From Bacilli bacterium (GTDB taxonomy: Bacteria > Bacillota_I > Bacilli_A > RFN20 > CAG-826), in the NCBI GenBank assembly GCA_024695235.1, contig JAILIP010000019.1:13448-77447 (forward strand): a stretch of 64,000 bases of DNA, given 5' to 3'. Positions 59,445 through 64,000 of this stretch are shown here, piece by piece (position 1 is the first letter of the stretch; every line of letters starts with the position of its first letter). The translations under genes were made by a program, and so were the position numbers. The notes beneath the pieces were generated by a model, which saw only the letters and a program-made list of their open reading frames with translations, did no database searches and had not been told where the DNA came from.

Positions 59445-62048
59445 ATGGCAAAAGTAAAACAACAACCCGTCGATATTGAAATCCAAGAAAATATCCATAA
59501 TGAGACCGTTGAAAACATCATGGGTTCTCGTTATGCAACATATGCAAAATATGTCATTCAAGATCGTGCAATTCCAGATGCAAGAGATGGTCTAAAACCA
59601 GTTCAAAGAAGAATCATTTTCTCAATGTATAAAACTGGCAATATTTTCTCACGCCCAACAAGAAAATGTGCTCATACAGTTGGTGAAGTTATGGGTAATT
59701 ATCACCCTCATGGTGATGCATCCATTTACGAAGCCCTTGCTCGTATGTCACAAGATTGGAAGTTAAACAATCCATTAATTGACTTCCAAGGTAATAATGG
59801 TTCCATTGATGGTGACCAACCTGCTGCTTATCGTTATACCGAAGCTCGTTTAAGCCAAATCGCTGAAGAAATGATTCGTGATATCGATAAAGAGACAGTT
59901 GATATGTCACTTACATTTGACGATGAAAAATTCGAACCAATCGTCATGCCATCAAGATTCCCTAACCTTCTTGTTAACGGTAGTGAAGGTATTGCTGTTG
60001 CTTTAGCAACAGAGATTCCAACTCATAACCTTAAGGAAGTCATTGACGCAATTATCTATCGCATCAATCATGTTCGTGTTGAACCTCTTGATTTGATGCA
60101 ATTTGTACCAGGACCGGATTTCCCAACTGGTGGATATATCTATCGTAGCAAAGGACTCGAAGATATATATTTAACTGGCCGCGGACGTATCGAAGTTGCT
60201 TCAAAAACAGAAATTATTGATAACGGCAAGGTAAAACAAATCGTTATTACCGAGATTCCTTATAAAGCAGTTAAGATCAATTTAGTTTACGAAATTGATA
60301 AATTAATTCACGACAAAGTAGTTTCTGGTATTGAAGCTGTTAGAGATGAATCTGACCGTCAAGGTATGAGAATCGTCGTTGATTTGAAGAAGGAAGCAAA
60401 TGTCAATGTTATTCATCAATTTTTGATGAATAAGACCGGACTTAAATCATCATATTCTGCAAATATGGTCGCTATTGTTAATGGTAGACCAAAAACCATG
60501 AATCTTCTTGATTTTGTCGATGCTTATATTGAACATCAAGTTGATGTATTAACAAGAAGAAGCCAATTTGATTTAGAAAAATCAAAAGGAAGACTCGAAA
60601 TAGTTGATGGCTTAATCAAAGCTGTTGATATCCTAGATCAAGTCGTTAGCACAATTCGCTCATCAAAAGATAAGCAAGACGCTAAGAAAAACTTGCAAAG
60701 TAAGTTCGGATTTACTGAAGGACAAAGTGAAGCAATTGTCATGTTACAACTTTACAAGTTGTCCAACACAGATTTGACAACCTTACTCAATGAGAAAAAG
60801 GATCTTGAAAAGACCATTGCTAGACTCAATGAAATCCTTTCAGATAGAAACAAACTTAACCGTGTTTTAATTAGTGATCTTAAGACAATTGCTGCTAAGT
60901 ATGGTCGCGAAAGAAGAACCCAAATTATTGAAAAAGAAGCTACAGCTTCTATTGATAAACGTGACTTAATCAGCAAAGAAGAAGTCATGATTGCCGTCAG
61001 TAGAGATGGATACATCAAATATAGTTCTATCAAATCTTATCGTGGTAGTGGTGAAAACCCACTTCCTGGTATGAAAGATGGTGATGCCTGTGTCTTTGCT
61101 GGTAAAGCCATGACAACCGACTATATTGTTTGTTTTACAAACAACGGTAACTTCCTTTATATCCCAGTTCACGAGATCAACGAGAACAAGTGGAAAGAAG
61201 AAGGTAAGCACATTAACTACCTTGTTAATTTAAATCCTAATGAAAAAATAGTGCGTGCATACGCTATTGAGAAATTTAGAGACGACTTATTCTTCGTCTT
61301 AGTGTCTAAACACGGACAAATTAAACATTTACGTTTAAGTGACTTCTCAGTCGTCAGATATTCTAAGCCAATTATCTGCATGAAATTAATCCAAGATGAT
61401 GAAATCTGCGATGTTATATTCACTCGTGGAAATGATAATCTTGTCTTATTTACAAGCACTGGTGATTCATCTGCATTTAATGAAAATGAACTACCAGCAG
61501 CTGGTATGAGAGGCGGTGGAGTTAAGGCTGTTTCTCAACTTGGAAAAGCTCGTATTTCTGGCATCGTTTCCTATCCAAAAGATGCTACAAAAGGTAAGGT
61601 CATTTTACTTACCGATAAGGGCTGTGTCCGCATCTATGAAGTGAGCAATACAAATATCACATCTAGACTAGGCAAAATGAGCAATGTTTTCCGCTCATTC
61701 AAGAGCGACCAACATAGCTTAATTTACGTCAAGAAAATTGATCCAAATAGTGAGAAAACACTCATTAGAGTGTTGAATAACCTAAAAGATGTGGTGGATG
61801 TCGTCGTTGATGACTACCATGTCACACCTATTGATCGCTACGCCAAAACAAACATCAAAATGAGTGGCAAAATGACTCTCGAAATACCGTTTGTGGAAGG
61901 TAGCGACTACATCACAAAAGACATCGTTTCTGAGGCAATCAAAATGCCTGAACCAGAAAAAGAGGAAAAAACTCTTGAAACTGAAGAAAAAGATGCTCCA
62001 AGTGAGAACGGGTATACTCAAATATCAATCTTCGATGATGAGGATTAA
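59445..62048 (+). CDS. parC: DNA topoisomerase IV subunit A
   Basis: AIPDARDGLKPVQRR, catalytic Tyr in AAYRYTEARL. The first C-terminal blade reads YRGSGENPLPG instead of the GyrA box QRRGGKG. Confidence 0.85.
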   Translation: MAKVKQQPVDIEIQENIHNETVENIMGSRYATYAKYVIQDRAIPDARDGLKPVQRRIIFSMYKTGNIFSRPTRKCAHTVGEVMGNYHPHGDASIYEALARMSQDWKLNNPLIDFQGNNGSIDGDQPAAYRYTEARLSQIAEEMIRDIDKETVDMSLTFDDEKFEPIVMPSRFPNLLVNGSEGIAVALATEIPTHNLKEVIDAIIYRINHVRVEPLDLMQFVPGPDFPTGGYIYRSKGLEDIYLTGRGRIEVASKTEIIDNGKVKQIVITEIPYKAVKINLVYEIDKLIHDKVVSGIEAVRDESDRQGMRIVVDLKKEANVNVIHQFLMNKTGLKSSYSANMVAIVNGRPKTMNLLDFVDAYIEHQVDVLTRRSQFDLEKSKGRLEIVDGLIKAVDILDQVVSTIRSSKDKQDAKKNLQSKFGFTEGQSEAIVMLQLYKLSNTDLTTLLNEKKDLEKTIARLNEILSDRNKLNRVLISDLKTIAAKYGRERRTQIIEKEATASIDKRDLISKEEVMIAVSRDGYIKYSSIKSYRGSGENPLPGMKDGDACVFAGKAMTTDYIVCFTNNGNFLYIPVHEINENKWKEEGKHINYLVNLNPNEKIVRAYAIEKFRDDLFFVLVSKHGQIKHLRLSDFSVVRYSKPIICMKLIQDDEICDVIFTRGNDNLVLFTSTGDSSAFNENELPAAGMRGGGVKAVSQLGKARISGIVSYPKDATKGKVILLTDKGCVRIYEVSNTNITSRLGKMSNVFRSFKSDQHSLIYVKKIDPNSEKTLIRVLNNLKDVVDVVVDDYHVTPIDRYAKTNIKMSGKMTLEIPFVEGSDYITKDIVSEAIKMPEPEKEEKTLETEEKDAPSENGYTQISIFDDED

Positions 62049-62054
62049 CAAAAT

Positions 62055-62082
62055 AGCGATGTGAAAAAATCATCGCTTTTTT
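62055..62082 (+). terminator. Intrinsic terminator after parC
   Basis: Stem AGCGATG / CATCGCT followed by a T-run. Confidence 0.8.
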
Positions 62083-62150
62083 GATGCAAATTATATAGTT
62101 TTATTTGCAAAAGATATTCTTTTGTAAAATTTTCTCTATAATAATAGTGT

Positions 62151-62672
62151 ATGCGAAAGATATATATTCCATATGCTCATGCTAAAAGTGTCTATGACAT
62201 TGATGTCAGCTTTTTTCTAAAAGAAAAAGTTAACACAATTTTTCTCGATTTAGACAATACGCTTGATTCATATCGCCAAAAAACACCAACCCAAAAAGCG
62301 GTGGAACTCAAAGAAAATCTTGAGAAAGCAGGTATTCAAATATATATCCTTTCTAATAATACTGGTAAAAGAGTTAAAGAATATGCTGAAGCTCTTGGTG
62401 TAAAATACGTTAATTCAATCGGAAAACCATTTGCTTCAGGAATCAAGAGATTACTGAAAAATGATAATCTAAAGCCAGAAAATGTTATGATGATAGGTGA
62501 TCAATTGATTACAGATGTCGCTGCTGCTAATAGAGCACATCTAAGAATCATCTACACTGAAAAGCTTGTTAAGGAAGATCAACCAACAACAAGATTCAAT
62601 AGAATCTTCGAAAGACCAAAGAAAAGAAGACTCATTAAAAAGCATCTACTTAGAGAGTGGGAGGAAATCTAA
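62151..62672 (+). CDS. yqeG: YqeG-family HAD phosphatase
   Basis: FLDLDNTL, SNN, GDQLITD. Followed by yqeH as in Bacillus. Confidence 0.88.
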   Translation: MRKIYIPYAHAKSVYDIDVSFFLKEKVNTIFLDLDNTLDSYRQKTPTQKAVELKENLEKAGIQIYILSNNTGKRVKEYAEALGVKYVNSIGKPFASGIKRLLKNDNLKPENVMMIGDQLITDVAAANRAHLRIIYTEKLVKEDQPTTRFNRIFERPKKRRLIKKHLLREWEEI

Positions 62673-63824
62673 ATGGCAGAAATTAATCAAATTCGTCGCT
62701 GCTACAACTGTGGAGTAGTTCTCCAAAGCGATGACCCTTCTAAAGAAGGGTATGTTAAGAAGGAATTCTTAGAAAACGCTTCTCAAAACTTTTTGTTCTG
62801 TGATAAATGTTTTGAAAACGAACGTTATCGTAAAAGAAGCAATGAACCACTTTTAGATGCTGAATATATCACCCTTTTAAATGATGCTAAGAAAAAAGAT
62901 GCTTTAATCGTCTATGTTGTTAACCTTTTCTCCTTTGAAGCCGCATTTAACCATCAAGTTCTCGAAATCATTGATGGTATGAACACCTTAGTAGTTGCTA
63001 ATAAGTTCGACTTATTACCTAAAGGCACAAACAAAGACGAAATCAGAGAATATGTTGCCCATCGCTTTAGAGCAACAGGTATGAAGATGAAAGCAGATAA
63101 TGTAATTATCTCCTCTGCCTTTGATGATGAAACTGCTAGAGAAATTATGGCAAGAATCTATGAAGCTAAGAATGGTAAAGATGTCTTTATCGTTGGTTCA
63201 GCTTTATCAGGTAAATCAACACTCGTTTCATCATTCTTAAGAGTGTTCTCCAACCTTTCAAACGGTAACATAGTTACCGCACCTTACCCAGGCACACACC
63301 TAAACGTCATGCAGATTCCATTTAATAAAAAGACTGCATTATATAACACTCCTGGATTTAGCCTTGATAACTCAATCCTTTATAACTTAGACAAGGCTAC
63401 AATGCGTGAGATTTACCTCACAAAAGCCGTTAAACCACGTGAAGTGTCTCTTACCCCAGGATTCTGCTTCTACATTGGTGGAATCGCCTTTGTACAAATG
63501 GTTGATGGCCCTAGAACTACATTCACATGCTATTTCCACGATAACTTGAATCTCCATCACACTCACATAGTGAGAAAAGCACCTGATGAAAGATTCGTAT
63601 CACAAATTAATAAAGGGATCCTTAAACCAACTCTTTCATGGATTAAAACAGTGAAAGATTTAGATGTTTATGAAATAAAGATCACCGAATCTAATCAAAG
63701 AGACATTGGTATTTTAGGTCTTGGATGGTTCTCATTTAATGCGAATGGTCAAGTTCTTAGAATATTCGTTCCAAAGGGTGTCTCAATTTATCACTCAAGA
63801 CCAAAACTCTTACTCAAAAAATAA
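62673..63824 (+). CDS. yqeH: Ribosome biogenesis GTPase YqeH (circularly permuted)
   Basis: N-terminal Zn finger CYNCG...CDKC. G4 NKFD precedes G1 GSALSGKST. Confidence 0.92.
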   Translation: MAEINQIRRCYNCGVVLQSDDPSKEGYVKKEFLENASQNFLFCDKCFENERYRKRSNEPLLDAEYITLLNDAKKKDALIVYVVNLFSFEAAFNHQVLEIIDGMNTLVVANKFDLLPKGTNKDEIREYVAHRFRATGMKMKADNVIISSAFDDETAREIMARIYEAKNGKDVFIVGSALSGKSTLVSSFLRVFSNLSNGNIVTAPYPGTHLNVMQIPFNKKTALYNTPGFSLDNSILYNLDKATMREIYLTKAVKPREVSLTPGFCFYIGGIAFVQMVDGPRTTFTCYFHDNLNLHHTHIVRKAPDERFVSQINKGILKPTLSWIKTVKDLDVYEIKITESNQRDIGILGLGWFSFNANGQVLRIFVPKGVSIYHSRPKLLLKK

Positions 63825-63836
63825 ATATGGCAAATT

Positions 63837-64000
63837 ACATCCTTTTTGGTGGAACATTTGATCCTGTCCATAATGGACATATAAGAATAGCAACTGCAGC
63901 TTCTTTGAAGCTGAATGCAGATGTTATTTTTATTCCGGCTCGTTCGCCAAGATGGAAAACACCATTAACTAGTGCTGAACATAGAACAAAAATGCTCAAG
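63837..64000 (+). CDS. nadD: Nicotinate-nucleotide adenylyltransferase, 5' part (runs off the window)
   Basis: My translation: MANYILFGGTFDPVHNGHIRIA..., with the (T/H)xGH nucleotidyltransferase motif. Confidence 0.88.

Noticed and set aside
57500-62048. Calling the type IIA topoisomerase pair gyrB/gyrA.
   Set aside because: The A subunit lacks a GyrA box in the first C-terminal blade (YRGSGENPLPG instead of QRRGGKG). The pair also follows plsY, the conserved firmicute plsY-parE-parC arrangement, with no dnaA, dnaN or recF nearby.

Overview
This is an AT-rich, almost fully coding 64-kb chromosomal segment from a low-GC Firmicutes/Mollicutes-like bacterium (possibly Acholeplasma- or Erysipelotrichia-like; that placement is a guess from protein style). 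It uses the standard genetic code: TGA acts as a stop (e.g. 1770-1772, 33216-33218) and all long ORFs are intact. I call about 60 protein genes, about 50 of them on the + strand. I also call one tRNA-Arg(TCT), one SAM-I (S-box) leader, one Val T-box leader, tandem CIRCE operators and about 15 intrinsic terminators. Two ribosomal protein genes are missing or mis-started in the ORF track: rpsU (40355..40528, under 60 aa) and rpmG (true start 54626). The backbone is the conserved Bacillus-type yqe/yqf housekeeping array: tig-lon-engB-valS; comEA-comEC-holA-rpsT; lepA-hemW-hrcA-grpE-dnaK-dnaJ-rsmE-mtaB; rpsU; ybeY-cdd-era-recO-glyQS-dnaG-sigA-trmK-nif3; cshB-nfo; ispH/ispG; efp; plsY-parE-parC; yqeG-yqeH-nadD. 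I saw no rRNA, CRISPR array, integrase, transposase, prophage or recognisable defence island. The interesting material is a set of single-gene insertions into this backbone plus some regulatory oddities. (1) An S-box riboswitch drives an uncharacterised 85-aa Cys-containing protein, next to a 735-aa type-II-anchored surface protein. (2) There is an orphan adenylation-carrier (A-T) didomain protein. (3) There is a C39 bacteriocin-type peptidase fused to an ABC-exporter membrane domain, with no ATPase domain and no nearby substrate. (4) There is a Fic-fold protein with a destroyed catalytic motif plus a C-terminal winged helix. (5) There is a PD-(D/E)xK nuclease fused to an Fe-S XPD/DinG helicase. 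(6) A 400-bp non-coding island carries DnaA-box-like motifs, short direct repeats and phased A-tracts. (7) About 10 genes share a TATAAT-N6-9-ATG architecture that implies leaderless mRNAs. None of these is proven novel from sequence alone, and each finding lists a decisive check.
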